Below are positions 22,546-35,046 of a stretch of 64,000 nt of DNA, piece after piece. The notes below the pieces were generated by a model. It had not been told where the DNA came from and made no database searches. It was given only the letters and a program-made list of their open reading frames with translations. The stretch is from Centroscyllium fabricii. Taxonomy: Eukaryota. Location: NCBI GenBank assembly GCA_051313645.2, contig JBNRSN020000002.1, forward strand, positions 219,666,001 to 219,730,000, read 5' to 3'. The position numbers were made by a program, and so were the translations under genes. Position 1 is the stretch's first letter. Each line of letters starts with the position of its first letter.

Positions 22546-23325
22546 TGTTGGAGTGAATTTTTGGTCAGCTATCTGCTGACATAAACTTTGTAATGGAAGC
22601 AAGTGACTGACTCATGGCCAAGTGCAAACTGCCGTTACATATAGATAGCTTCGCAAACGGAATGGCTGACCACAGAAGAAGGAAAAGAGGAAGAACTACA
22701 ATCCACGTGTAACACCGAGCACACCATGGCTAAAGAATATGTATAACGTATGTCAATGAACTTATCCTCAACAGGAGGAACGGTTGTGACAAATAATTAT
22801 ATAACTTAAGACAGCAACATAATGAATTATGAAAATGTGTGTAAGAAATGAAGCTTGTACATAAGGGACACAGATACATGACAAGATGGTCTGGCTAATA
22901 TATGGTTGATGAGTAATACCCATTATTTCGAAATAGCACAACGGTTGCATCTAAGAACCAATCACAATGCGACACCTCAGGACCACCAGACAAATGTGAC
23001 ATAACGGCTTTGTATGTTTATAGTTTCGGAGGGGAAGTAAAGGTAAAACTCAGCTTAAAGCATAAATATAATTAGGTCAGTGTTAGAGATGTAGGATTGG
23101 GTAAGGGGCTTGTTGCTAAGGGAGTGCGATTGGATGACATTTGTATGTAATAAACTGCTTATCCGGCATCTTGAAGTGTATAAAAGAAGCCCGGTTACCA
23201 TTGTTAAACTGAGAAAGTGGTTTTGCCGACGCGGGGTCTCAAACCTTTCTCCCAGAGCTCTGTTAGCAATAAAGTGTGTCTCTTGCTTTTACTCGGAGTC
23301 ATGTGAATCTATTCTTTCACCAACA
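22546..23325 (+). mobile_element. 780-bp solo LTR (retrovirus-like layout)
   Basis: Termini TGTTGGAGTGAA..TTCACCAACA, exact 5-bp TSD ACTAT, TATAAAAG at about 23179 and AATAAA at about 23268. Confidence 0.85.
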
Positions 23326-23963
23326 ACTATGAAGCAAAATCTGTATCCTTATGCATGGTGTGAATGGGTTAGCATGCCACAAGACAAACAATTATTCCTT
23401 AAAGTATAACAGAGTGCAAACCATGCAAATAAGAAAGATTAAACATCAAATAAGACATGCCAAGAAACTACAAAGTACAGTACTAGACTTATAAACTATT
23501 TAAATTGTTGCAAAGAGATGAGAAAATTTGTGGTTGATATCAGCAGCCTCTGACTGGGAGATGACTCCAAGGGCCTTATTTAGCAACCTCAAATGGTATA
23601 GGCAATGCAAAGCAAGGGATATACTGAATGACCTTCCTTTGATGGAATCTGTGTAATCAGCAGGGTTAATTGCTAAAGAATTAGGAAACAAGAAAAGATG
23701 CAAAACACTGGTGGGACTATTTTACAGCCCACCTGCCTGTGATGATTTAATTGAAGAATGTTTGTATATGGAGATCTGGGAGAAAAGAAGAAAAATGTGG
23801 TACAAATGGAAAATGTTAATTTCCATATTAATTGGAGAGGAGTAGCCGTACAAGAAAAGAACAGATTTATTAAATATATTTGATAATTTTGAAAATATTT
23901 ATGTGTTGTGCTGTATTATTATTCAATTCTATTTAACTCAACAGGAGGTTAGGCGATACTCAA

Positions 23964-24065
23964 ATCCTGTGTCTGTTTGAACTGACTCTCTCTACTCTCT
24001 GTCCTGTGACTGTTTGAACTGACTCTCCACTCTCTGTCCTGTGACTGTTTGAACTGACTCTGTGG
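23964..24065 (+). repeat. About 35-bp tandem repeat, 3 copies, in the CR1 5' region
   Basis: Units of TCCTGTG(A/T)CTGTTTGAACTGACTCT. Confidence 0.85.
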
Positions 24066-25343
24066 TTTATGGTTTTTAAGGTCTCTGTGGTGTAGTGGAG
24101 ACTGTTGGTAAACCAGGGCCCTTAAATATATCATTTACTGTAGTGTAATTGGTGGGATTGATTTAATTTAATTTAATTTGAATTAATTAAAGGGTAAGTC
24201 ATGGCAGGAGAGCCCAACCCCGTAGTGTACTCCTCCTGCGCTATGTGGGAAATCAGGGATACTTCTTATGTCCCTGACAACCATGTGTGCAGGAAGTGTG
24301 TCCAGCTTCAGCTACTGGCAGACCGCATTGCGGCGTTGGAGCTGCAATTGGATAGATACTGGAGCATTTGCGATGCTGAGGACGTCATGGATATCACGCT
24401 TAATCAGTTGGTCACACCGCAGGCAAAGGCTGGACAGGCAGAAAGGGAAGGGGTGACCACCAGGCAGTGTAGTAGGTGCAGGCAGGTAGCGCAGGAGTCC
24501 CCTGTGGTCATCCCCCTCTCAAACAGATATAACACTTTTGAATACTGTTGAGGGGAACGGCTTATCAGAGGAAGGCAGCAGCAGCCAACTTCCTGGCACC
24601 AAGGGTGGCTCTGCTGCACAGGACGGGAGGTAAAAGAGGGGTAGAGCTATCGTAATAGGGGATTCTGTTGCAAGGGGAATAGATAGGCGTTTCTGCAGCC
24701 GCAAACGAGACTCCATGATGGTATGTTGCCTTCCTGGGTCAAGGATGTCTCAGATTGAAGGCCGATAAATCCCCAGGGCCTGATAATCTACATCCTAGGG
24801 TACTTAAGGAAGTGGCCCTAGGAATAGTAGATACATTGCTGATCATCTTCCAACATTCGATAGACTCTGGAATAGTACTGATGGATTGGAGGGTAGCTAA
24901 TGTTACCCCACTATTAAAAAAAGGTGGTAGAGAGAAAACGGGGAATTATAGACCGGTAAGGCTGACATCGGTAGTAGGGAAAATATGTAATAGCAGAGCA
25001 CTTGGAAAACAGTGACAGGATCGTAATCTACTGGAATTTTTTGAGGATGAAACTGGTAAAATAGGTAAGGGAGAACCAGTGGATGTGGTATATTTGGACT
25101 TTCAGAAGGCTTTTGATAAGGTCCCGCTTAGGAGATTAGCATGCAAAGTTAAGGCACATGGGATTGGGGGCAAGGTATTGACTTGGATAGAGAACTGGTT
25201 GGCAGACAGAAAGGATAGAGAACTGGTTGGCAAACAGAAAGCAAAGAGTTGGAATAAACAGGTCTTTTTCCGAGTGGCAGGCAGTGACTAGTGAGGTATC
25301 GCAGGGATTGGTCCTTGGACCCCAGCTATTCACAATATATATT

Positions 25344-26102
25344 GGGGCAGAAATTCCGATGACCGCGGGGCCGCAGTGCGTGTGTACGGAGCGGGTACTC
25401 ATGCGTACGGCCCTGGAATTGCAGGTAGATGCCATTTCTCTGGGATGCCTGCAATTCCGAAGAAGAGCAGTGGGGGTTCGCGAGCTGAATCGCGTTGGCC
25501 TGCGCACCACGAGGTGCGCAGTGCACTTACGATTTTTTTCAGAGATTTTTATCGGGGTAAGTATTGAAGATTTTACGCCTGAAAATATCAGCTGTAACAA
25601 CCCGTTTTAGCAGGTAAGTCTTTATTTTATAGAATTCAAGTATTTTTTTAACAGGTTTTTAATTTTTTTAAACTTTAAAGACAGGTAAGTATTTTTTAGG
25701 GCAGTTAAAAACTTTGAAAAAAATTTAATTTGTTATTTTTTGTTTAAAATAGGTAATTTATGTTAGTTATAGTAATGTTTAAAAATGTGGTGTTTAAAAA
25801 AAAATTATTTTACTGTTTAATGTGTTTTTGAGGCTCTTCCTTTTCATAACTTACACTGAGCTCTCTGTTAAAGTTATGAATGGAGGATTCCTTCCATTCA
25901 TTGGCTCCCCGCGGACCACGTGGTCCCGCGCGAGCTCTCCCACTAACTCCGTCGCTGAGTTGCCTCAGCACGGCGCCTGTGGCCTGGAGCAGCACTACAA
26001 ATCGGGATTTCAAATCCCAGAATTGGAGAACGGCAGGAGCGCAGGTAAGTGGACCTTGGAGGCTTACACTCGCAGGAAGCCTCCGAGGCAAATTTTTGGG
26101 CC
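25344..26102 (+). mobile_element. MITE family A copy inserted in CR1 RT
   Basis: GGGGCAGAAATT..AATTTTTGGGCC splits the IYINDL codons. Flanks are ATT/AAT. Confidence 0.85.
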
Positions 26103-28039
26103 AATAATGATCTAGACAAGGGAACTAGATGTAATATCTCCAAGTTTGCAGATGACACAAAGCTGGGTGGGTGCGTGTGCTTTGAGGAGGATGCCGAGAA
26201 ACTCCAGTATGATTTGGACAGGTTGGGTGATTGGGCAGAAGCATGGCAGATGCAATATAACATGGATAAATGTGAGGTTATCCACTCTGGTGACAAAAAA
26301 CAGGACGGCAGATTATTATCTAAATGGCAATGGATTGGGAGAAAGGGAAGTGCAGCGAGACCTGGGTGTCCTTGTGCACCAGTCGGTGAAGATAAGCATG
26401 CAGGTGCAGAAAGCGTAGGGAGAGGGTTTGAGTATAGGAACAAGGATGGCTTGCTGCAGTTGAACAGGGCCTTGGTGAGACCATATTTTGAGTATTGTGT
26501 GCTGTTTTGGTCACCTTATCTGAGGAAGGATGTTCTTGCCATGGAAGGAGTTCAGCGAAGATTCATCAGGCTGATACCTGGGATGGCAGGAATGACGTGT
26601 GAGGAGAGATTGGGTTGATTGGGCTTATACTTGCTGGAGTTTAGAAGAATGAGAGGGGATCTCATTGAGACTTATAAAATTCTGACAGGACTGGACAGAC
26701 TAGATGCAGGAAGGATGTTCCCAATGGTCGGGGAGTCCAGAACCAGGGGTCATAGCCTAAGGGTAAGGGGTAAGCCTTTTAGGAGAGAAATGAGGAGGAA
26801 TTTCTTCACCCAGAGAGTGGTGAACCTGTGGAATTCTCTACCACAGAAGACAGTAGAGGCCAATTCATTAAATATATTCAAGAAGGAGTTGGATATATTT
26901 CTTAAGGCTAAAGGGATCAAGGGGTATGGGGAGAAAGCAGGGACAGGGTACTGAGTTTGGATGATCAGCCATGATTGCATTGAATGGCCGAGCAGTCTCG
27001 AGTGGCCGAATGGCCTACTCCTGCTCCTATCTTCTATGTTTCTATGTTTAACTAGGATAATGAATCAAAAACAGCAACTTGGTAGTAAGGGAGTATCTTT
27101 GGAATAGTGACCACAATATGATTCAATTCAGTGTCAGTGGAGAAAGAAGGTTCACAAACCAAGGTTTTGGATGTGAACAAAATTAACTATGAAGAATAAA
27201 TTTGACTAGAACAGGGTGAATGAAACTGTTAGTTAGTCATTTATGGACCAAAAGATAAATCAATTTCAGAAGGTAATTAGTGGATTACAAAACAAGCACA
27301 ACTTAAATTGCAAGGCAGGTCATTGTGGAGTGATACAACCATGGTGCACAAGAATGGTTCGGATCAAATTAAATCAAAGGAGAAGGCTTATGCAAAGAAA
27401 ACCAAAGTGGCAAGAATGAGGACTGGAAGGATCACAAAAAGGTAACAAAAGTTCAAGAAAATAATATCGAGGGTAAAGAGGGAATATGTAAAAATACTTG
27501 CAGATGGTGTCAAGCATTTGTAATAATACTTAAAGGTACATCAAAAGAGAGTGCTAAAACAAGAGGTGGACCCACTAAATGAGATTTAGATAGCACATTA
27601 GTAGAGGAGAAGCATGGTATAACTGCTAAATTAATATATTGCTTCAATCTTCACAATGGAAAAGGTGAATATGATACCGAGGGACAGGGAAAGCTGGAGA
27701 TTAGGGACAGGGAGAAATGTACAAGTGTTAGTATAAACAGAAAAACTGCAATGGATAAACTGATCAAATTGTAGCCACAAAAACCTCCTGGCCCAGATGG
27801 TTGCCACTCAAGGATATTAAGTGAAGAAATTAATTTAAATGGATCAAAAATAGGGCGGGCTCCCTTATGGGCATATGCTCTTCCTAGCACAGTGCCCAGG
27901 CAATGCAATAGCTCCAGGCACATGAAAAGGAAAATCTTGATTGGAAGAATTGATTGCCAAAATGTAGTTCCAGCCACTACATGCAAATGTTATAATCTAC
28001 ATTGTTGGCTAAAGGTGACATTTTCTGTGTATGTTCATT

Positions 28040-31000
28040 TTCATAGAAAGAATAGAAATTAATGACACAGGAGGCCGCCATTCAGTCCATCGTGTCTGTG
28101 CCAGCCTAATCCTACTTTCCAGCTCTTGGTCCGTAGCCTTGTAGGTTACGGCACTTCAAGTGCATCTCCAAGTACTTTTTAAATGTGATTGTTTCTGCCT
28201 CTTCCACCCTTTCAGGCAGTGAGTTCCAGACACCTACCACCCTCACCACCCTCTGGGTGAAAAAAGGTTCTCCTCAACTCGCCTGTAGTAGTGCCCGACC
28301 ACCTACTATGGGCGCTACAACCGAATATCAGCGGTAACGGCGCCAGCGGCAGGCAGGCGCTAAAAGTAGCGCTGCGCCGAGGTTACCGCCAGAAAACGTG
28401 CGTGACAGAATTCATCCCCCTATGACTCTATGTATCCCATATGCCTTCTTAACCACCTGACCTGCTACCTTCAGGGATCTGTGGACATGCACTCTAAAGT
28501 CTCTCTGTTCCTCTACACTTCTCAGTGTCCTACCATTTATTGTTTATTCCCTTGTTTTGTTAGCCTTCCCCAAATATATTACCTCACACTTCTCCAGATT
28601 GAATTTCATTTGTCTCTTTTCTGCCCACCTGATCAGTCCACTGATACCTTCCTGCAATCTAAAGCTTTCTGCCTCACTATCAATGACACGGCCAATTTTT
28701 GTATCGCCTTCAACCATCTTAATCATGTCCTCTACATTGAAGTCTAAATCACTGATATATACCACAAAAAGCAAGGGATCTAGTACTGCACCGTGCGCAA
28801 CCCCATTGGAAACAGCCTTCCAGTCACAAAAACACCCGTCGACCGTTACCCTTTGCTTCCTGCCACTGAGTCAAATTTGGAATTGCCACTGTCTCTTGGA
28901 TCATATTTGCTCTGAACCCTCACTATCTCCTCCTTGAATACCTCCCACTGCTCTCCCACGGCTGTTTCCAGTCCAATTTTGCTAAATTCATGTCTTAGCT
29001 TAGTAAAATTGGCTTTTCCCCAATTGAGAAGTTTTACTCCTGGTCCATCCTTGTCCTTTTCCATAACTAAATCTAACTGAATTATGATCACAACCACCAA
29101 ATGCTCTCCCACTGATAGCCCTGCCACCTGCCCAGCTTCATTCCCTAAAACCAAGTCCAGAACCATCCCCTCTCTTGTTGGGCTTGCTATGTACTGGCTA
29201 AAAAAGTTCTCCTGAATGCATTTGAAGAATTCTGCACCTTTTATACTTTTTACACTGATTCTATCCCAGTTAATATTAGGGTAGTTGAAATCCCCCACTA
29301 TTACTGCCCTATTGTTTTTGCACTTGTCAGACATTTGCCTACATATTTGCTTTTCTATCTCACTCTGACTATTTGGGGGTCTGTAGTACACTCCCAGTTC
29401 AACCCATATGGCGTTATTTGATGATCCATTTAACACCTCACAGCTGTAATTGTCTCTTTAACCAATATTGCGACCTCCACCTTTTTTTATCCCCCTCTCT
29501 ATCGCGGCTGAAAACCCTGTAAACCAGGAATGTTGAGCTGCCATTCCTGCTCTTCCTTATGCCATGTTTCAGTAATAGCTGATATCATACTTCCATGTGT
29601 CTATCTGTGCCCTCAGCTCATCTGCCTTATTCACTAAACTCCTTGCTTTGATGTATATACCATTAATTGCTGCTAAACCCCATTGCTGTCTATTTTCTAG
29701 CCTTTGTTTCCTCTGTCTTCCAAACTCACTTATTAATTTTCTGCCTTTCATTTCCAGCTTTTCTTCTCTCCTTTTCTGAATCTATGCTCAAATTCCCATC
29801 CCCCTGCCAAGCTAGTTTAAACACCCCACAACAGCGCTAGCAACCCCCAACCCCAACCCTCCCGCCCCCCCCCCTTTCATCTTCAGCTGCTTCATCAATG
29901 ACCTTCCCTCCAACATAAGGTCAGAAATGGGGATGTTCACTGATGACTGCACAGTGTTCAGCGCCATTCACAACTCCTCAGATAATGAAGCAGTCCATGC
30001 CGGCATGCAACAGGACCTGGACGATGTTTCGGCTTGGGCTGATAAGTGGCAGGTAACATTCGCGCTACAGAAGTGCCAGGCAATGACTATCTCCAACAAA
30101 TGAGAGTCTAACCACCACCCCTTGACATTCAACGGCATTACCATCGTCTAATCCCCTACCATCAACATCCTGGGGGTCACCATTGACCAGAAATTTAACT
30201 GGAGCAGCCACATAAATACTGTGGCAACAAGAGCAGGTCAGAAGCTGAGTATTCTGCAGCGAGTGTCTCACCTCCTGACTCCCCAAAGCCTTTCCACCAT
30301 CTACAAGGCACAAGTCAGGAGTGTGATGGAATACTCTCCACTTACCTGGATGAGTGCAGCTCCAACAACACTCAAGAAGCTCTACACCATCCAGGACAAA
30401 GTAGCCTGCTTGATTGGCAGTCCATCCACCACCTTAAACATTCACACCCTCCACCACCGTGGCTGCAGTGTGTACCAGATGCACTGCAGCAACTTGCCAA
30501 GGCTTCTTCGGCCGCATCTCACAAACCCGCGACCTCTTCCACCTAGAAGGACAAGGGCAGTAGGTGTATGGGAGCACCACCACCTCCAAGTTCCCCTCTA
30601 AGTCGCATACTTTCCTGACTTGGAAATATATCGCCGTTCCTTCATCGTTGCTAAGTCAAACTCCTGGAACTCCCTCCCTAACAGCACTGTGGGAGTACGT
30701 TCACCACACTGACTGCAGCGGTTCAAGAAGGCAGCTCACCACCATCTTCTCAAGGGCAATTAGGGATGGGTAATAAATGCTGGCCTTGCCAGCGACGCCC
30801 AAATTCCATGAACAAATTTTAAAAAACCCATCTGGCTCCTGCCGTATTCCCCAGAGGAACTATCGTCCTCACCAGTACCAGTCAGGGATTGAGGCGCACT
30901 CAGGGGACTCCTGCACTACCTGCCTGGTCCTCATCTGTTTAGTGGTCACCCATTCCCCATCTACCTGCAACTCTTAAGCTGCGGGGTGACCACCTCGCAA

Positions 31001-31210
31001 ATGTGCTGTCCACGGAGCTCTCTGCCTTGCAGATGCATTGAAGTGATGCCAGCCGCTACTCAAGCTCTGAAACCTGGAGCTCGAGCTCCTCCAGCTGACG
31101 ACACTTCATGCATATGTGGTTGTCCAGACACGAGAAGCATCCTGGATTTCTCACATGGCACAGGATGTGCATTTGAAGGGGCTGAGGTGTCCTGCCATGC
31201 CTCTATTTAT
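28040..31210 (-). mobile_element. Fragmented CR1 LINE (ORF1, EN, RT, 3'UTR)
   Basis: ORF1 start at about 31198 (MAGHLSP..CTSCAM), EN motifs YYRPP/VGDFNYP at 28846-29436, RT piece 28544-28774, tail at about 28045. Confidence 0.8.
29875..30825 (+). mobile_element. 3' fragment of a distinct CR1-group non-LTR retrotransposon
   Basis: Motifs FINDL..MFTDDC, ILGVTIDQK.NW..HI and IYKAQVRSVMEYSP. A second, more decayed piece lies at about 40830-41180. Confidence 0.7.
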
Positions 31211-31975
31211 TAGACTTCTAACTAAACTTCTTAGTTTAACCCACTGCTCTAACTTAGAGAGACAAAAGACAAAATTAGTTCCTCAAGTTTAACAAGAACC
31301 ACTGAGATACTTAAAACATAGAACCTAAATATTAGAAATTTAGATACTTAACTTATAGCGTTCTCTGGTTCTGTGGCTCCACTCCTCCTTTTGAGTTGGA
31401 CGTGAGAAACTGCCGTCCTCCTCCACCGTATTCCCACTATCCTTTCTTAAACAGTGACATCCGTATCTCTGTTTGGCTATTCTGCTGAGACGTTACTTTC
31501 TAATTGCAGATATTCGCTGTGTCAATGTTGTCGAAGTTTTCCAGATACACTGTTGCTTAAGGAAATGAGTCAAAGCCAATGCAGAGTCTTCCCAAAGCCT
31601 CTATTGTTTATTCAATGATGGCAAATAGCTATTGGAAAAAGATGGAGTTCTAGATTTTGACTGATGCCTGCACTCTGTCTGTCTTCTAAAACAGTAGCAT
31701 CTGTATCTCTGCTAGACATTTTGCCTACTTGAAAAGGAATAACAATGAACATGGCCACTGGCGTCGGTAAAATAAAATCCAAAGTTTGGACTTGACGGGA
31801 ACTGAAATCCCTGGAAACTCAAAAACGTTGAGACAATTTCAATGTGCATGGACATCTGGGAATGGAAATGCCCTCCCATTTGCTGGTTCATCCTTTTGTT
31901 ACCTACATGATTTGATTCCAGTTTACTAGAATAAAAATAAAATAACACTTTCCCACCAAGTTAGGTGGCTGCAGT

Positions 31976-32690
31976 TGATTCAAGATTCAAGATAATTTTA
32001 TTGCCATATGTAACTGGTACAATGGAATGGAATGCACACCCGATGATTTTTTCTGCTGTACTCACGACCGTCTGAATGGCTTTCCTGTCCTGAGCAGTGG
32101 TGTTACCATACCACACAGTGACGCCACCCGTCAGGACGCTCTCTATGGTGCCGCGGTAAAAGTTCATAAGCCACTGTGTGCTTATGCCGCATTTCGTCAG
32201 GCACCCTAGAGGCGTTGGTGTGCCTTCTTCAGCATTGCCTCGGTGTTATAGTTCCAGGTCAGGTCATCAGAAATCTGCAGACCCAGGAATCGGAAGCAAC
32301 TGATTACTTCTACCGGTGTCCCGTCTATGATAATTGGTCGGTGGTTCCCTTGATGGCATCTGAAGTCCACGATGAGTTCCTTAGTCTTGCTGATGTTCAG
32401 GGCAAGGTTGTTATCATTACACCGTCTCATCAGCTGAACTATCTCATCCCTGTACTCCGTCTCATCCTCGTTGCTAATCATGGTGATTACCGTGGTGTCA
32501 TCGGCAAACTTTATTATCCGGTTGTTACTGTGTCGGGCTGTACAATCGTTTGTAAACAGAGAGTACAACCGAGGACTGAGGCAGCAGCCTTGTGGCGCTC
32601 CGGTATTGAGGACCAGTGTGGATGAGGTGTTGTTGCCTATTTTCACCACTTGAGGCCTACCAGTCAGGAAGTCCAGAATCCAGTTGCAGA
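31976..32690 (-). mobile_element. Rex1/Babar-type LINE RT fragment
   Basis: Motifs [44 protein letters not shown] and NFYRGTIESVL, with a (TTGAATC)n tail. Confidence 0.8.
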
Positions 32691-33194
32691 TACAGTTTTG
32701 AGCACAGAATCATGGTTTTTGAGTGAAATCTCACAGGAATATAAAATGGAACAGCTCTGTTATACCCCGCTTTCACTGAGAGCTAAGAATATCTCGAATT
32801 CCCGAATTGCCCCGAATCTAAATTTTTGGTGTTTCGGGAAAAAAAGTCAAATTTCGTGGTGATTTCTTGGCGATTCGGGAGATGGTACGAAGGTGTAACG
32901 AAAGATTCGTGGAGATTCGGCTTGAAAGATATGCCGAATGTCAAGAATGGTTTAAGAAACAAGTACGAAGTCAAAGAATCAGGTAAGAAGTGCACGAATA
33001 AGGTACGACCCACTTACGAATGTGCCGAATGATTGTACGAATCCACTACGACCTCCACGACGAAGTTACGACTACTACGAATTAGCTACGAATAGTTTAC
33101 GATATTCGGCATCGTTCTTGACATTCGGGCATATTCATGGTGGCCGAAAGGTATAAAAAAACCCTGACCCCAGGTTGAGCAGGTCATTTGCACA

Positions 33195-34505
33195 ATGGAT
33201 TTTGAACGGATAGCATGTCTTGCTCTTGTCATGGAAATGGAGTACCAACATCGAGACCAACTGCTGGTAGCTCTGAACAGCAGAAGAAGGGATCCCACAG
33301 GAAGACAGAGAAGACGCAAGCGCTGGTGGGTTCGACCATGGATGACACCTGCTAGAAGGCTACAACATGGGCACTACAACAGACTGCTGCAGGAGCTGAG
33401 GCTGGAGGATGTGAACTCCTTCACCAACTATGTAAGAATGCCACCCCAGATGTTTGATGAGCTCCTCCAAAGGATCACCCCTGTCATCCAGAGGCAGCAC
33501 ACCCGCCTGAGACCACCCCTAGAAGCTGGACTGAAGCTGGCCCTCACCCTCAGACACCTGGCTACAGGAGACGGGTACCCGACCCTCCACTACGACTTCA
33601 GATGTGGCAGGAGCACCGTGGGAGTGATCGTCAAGGAGGTATGCTACGCCATCATTCAAGCGCTAAAGGATGAGGTCATGCCACTGCCCCGGACCCAGGA
33701 GGACTGGAAAGCCATTGCCCAGCAGTTCCAAGACCGGTGGAATGTCCCTCATGCCCTGGGGGCCTTGGATGGCAAACACATTGCCCTCAAGAAACCACCC
33801 AAGTCCGGCAGTCTGTATTACAATTACAAGAGCTTCTTCTCCGTGGTTCTGCTGGCCATGGTGGATGCTGATTATAAGTTTATCTGGATTGGCACTGGTG
33901 GACAAGGTCATCAATCTGATGGACAGATATTTGGGGCCTCAGAACTGAGGGAATGCATCGATGACCACACCATCCACTTCCCTGACGACGACCCTCTGCC
34001 TAATGATGACAGAGACACGCCCTACTTCATCCTGGGAGACGATGCTTTTGGCCTCAGAACTTTCCTCATGAAACCCTACTCCAGGAGGGGTCTCAGTGAT
34101 GAGATGATGGTGGCCAACTACCGAATCTCAAGGGGCAGACGCGTGGTGGAGAATGGCTTTGGCATCATGGCCAGCAGATGGAGATGTTTCCTTGGAACCC
34201 TGGAACAACATCCAGATACGGTGCGCACCATGGTGGAAACAGCTGTCCTCCTTCACAACCTCATGAGGATCAGGTTCCCTGCCATTGGAAACGCAGAGGT
34301 GGACCACGAGGATGACAACCACAACATCATCCCTGGAGCCTGGAGGGACGGCATGCAGATGCCCGCGGTTCCCTACCCCTATGCACGCAACCGAGACCAT
34401 CAGGTGGCCAAGAGCCAGAGGGAGTACCTCACGGCTTACTTCAACAGTCCTGCAGGATCTGTTCCGTGGCAGGAGAGAGCGGCAGGACTGAACAAGCAAG
34501 TGTGA
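33195..34505 (+). CDS. Harbinger transposase (DDE_Tnp_4 family), 436 aa
   Basis: Motifs LALTLRHLATG, GALDGKH, YYNYK.FFS, SDG, LGDDAF, LMKPY and RRVVENGFG, with no stops. TATAAAA about 40 bp upstream. Confidence 0.93.
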   Translation: MDFERIACLALVMEMEYQHRDQLLVALNSRRRDPTGRQRRRKRWWVRPWMTPARRLQHGHYNRLLQELRLEDVNSFTNYVRMPPQMFDELLQRITPVIQRQHTRLRPPLEAGLKLALTLRHLATGDGYPTLHYDFRCGRSTVGVIVKEVCYAIIQALKDEVMPLPRTQEDWKAIAQQFQDRWNVPHALGALDGKHIALKKPPKSGSLYYNYKSFFSVVLLAMVDADYKFIWIGTGGQGHQSDGQIFGASELRECIDDHTIHFPDDDPLPNDDRDTPYFILGDDAFGLRTFLMKPYSRRGLSDEMMVANYRISRGRRVVENGFGIMASRWRCFLGTLEQHPDTVRTMVETAVLLHNLMRIRFPAIGNAEVDHEDDNHNIIPGAWRDGMQMPAVPYPYARNRDHQVAKSQREYLTAYFNSPAGSVPWQERAAGLNKQV

Positions 34506-34629
34506 ATTACACAATGACAGTGATTGGACATTTCCTGTGATTATGGTTAAATTGTGAATAAATGGATAAATATGGATAAAAGACTGAGGTGTTAAAATAT
34601 GCTAATTTACATTTGTGTTCTCAAACATG

Positions 34630-34780
34630 TATAAGTTCAGATTTCTCCCCTCCCCCATGTGTGATCTTTGACGTTAGTCTCTCTGTCTTACCTGACTAAG
34701 GGGCAAAAGCTCCGAAAGCTTGTAATTTTAAATAAAACCGTTGGACTTTGAAACTGGTGGTGTGTGACTTTTTTGATAAA
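34630..34780 (+). mobile_element. Penelope-like element 3' fragment with a hammerhead-like motif (34692-34724)
   Basis: CTGACTAA-GGGGC AAAA GCTCC-GAAAGCTTGTA, followed by AATAAAACCGTTGGACT..CTGGTG..GTGTGACTT. The same terminal sequence recurs at about 41950-41995. Confidence 0.65.
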
Positions 34781-35046
34781 TTGAGACAGTATTAATTTGA
34801 AAGTTATGTTTATTGCGATAAATAAAGTGTTAAGCAAAAAAAGGAAACCAGGATTAAAGCAACATTTAAACAGCAAACAAGGATTAATTTTTGTAAAAAT
34901 TTTTAAAACAAACATATAACAACATATTTGTAGAACTATTATTAAAACAACAATTTATTAAAACTCACATGTAACAACAAATTTTAAGAACTATTATTAA
35001 AACACCAAATTTTTAAAACTCACATGTAATTAAAATGTAACAAATT

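Larger units (their letters stand above)
23950..27048 (+). mobile_element. CR1 LINE with ORF1 remnant joined directly to RT (endonuclease deleted)
   Basis: ORF1 24201-24750 has SSCAMWE..CRKC and the IGDS esterase start. Junction at about 24753 leads to [10 protein letters not shown], then RT and 3'UTR with TCTATGTT tail. Confidence 0.88.
22280..27830 (+). mobile_element. Ancient CR1 ORF2 remnant hosting later insertions
   Basis: Degenerate endonuclease motifs LYTNA..KIEEL..YDVVATTDAW (22290-22390), LVGLFYSPP (about 23710-23735), SDHNMI (about 27105) and PPGPDG (about 27785). Confidence 0.6.

Noticed and set aside
23964-24065. Repeat array resembling CRISPR
   Set aside because: Only three tandem units with no unique spacers, in a eukaryotic LINE 5' region, with no cas genes.
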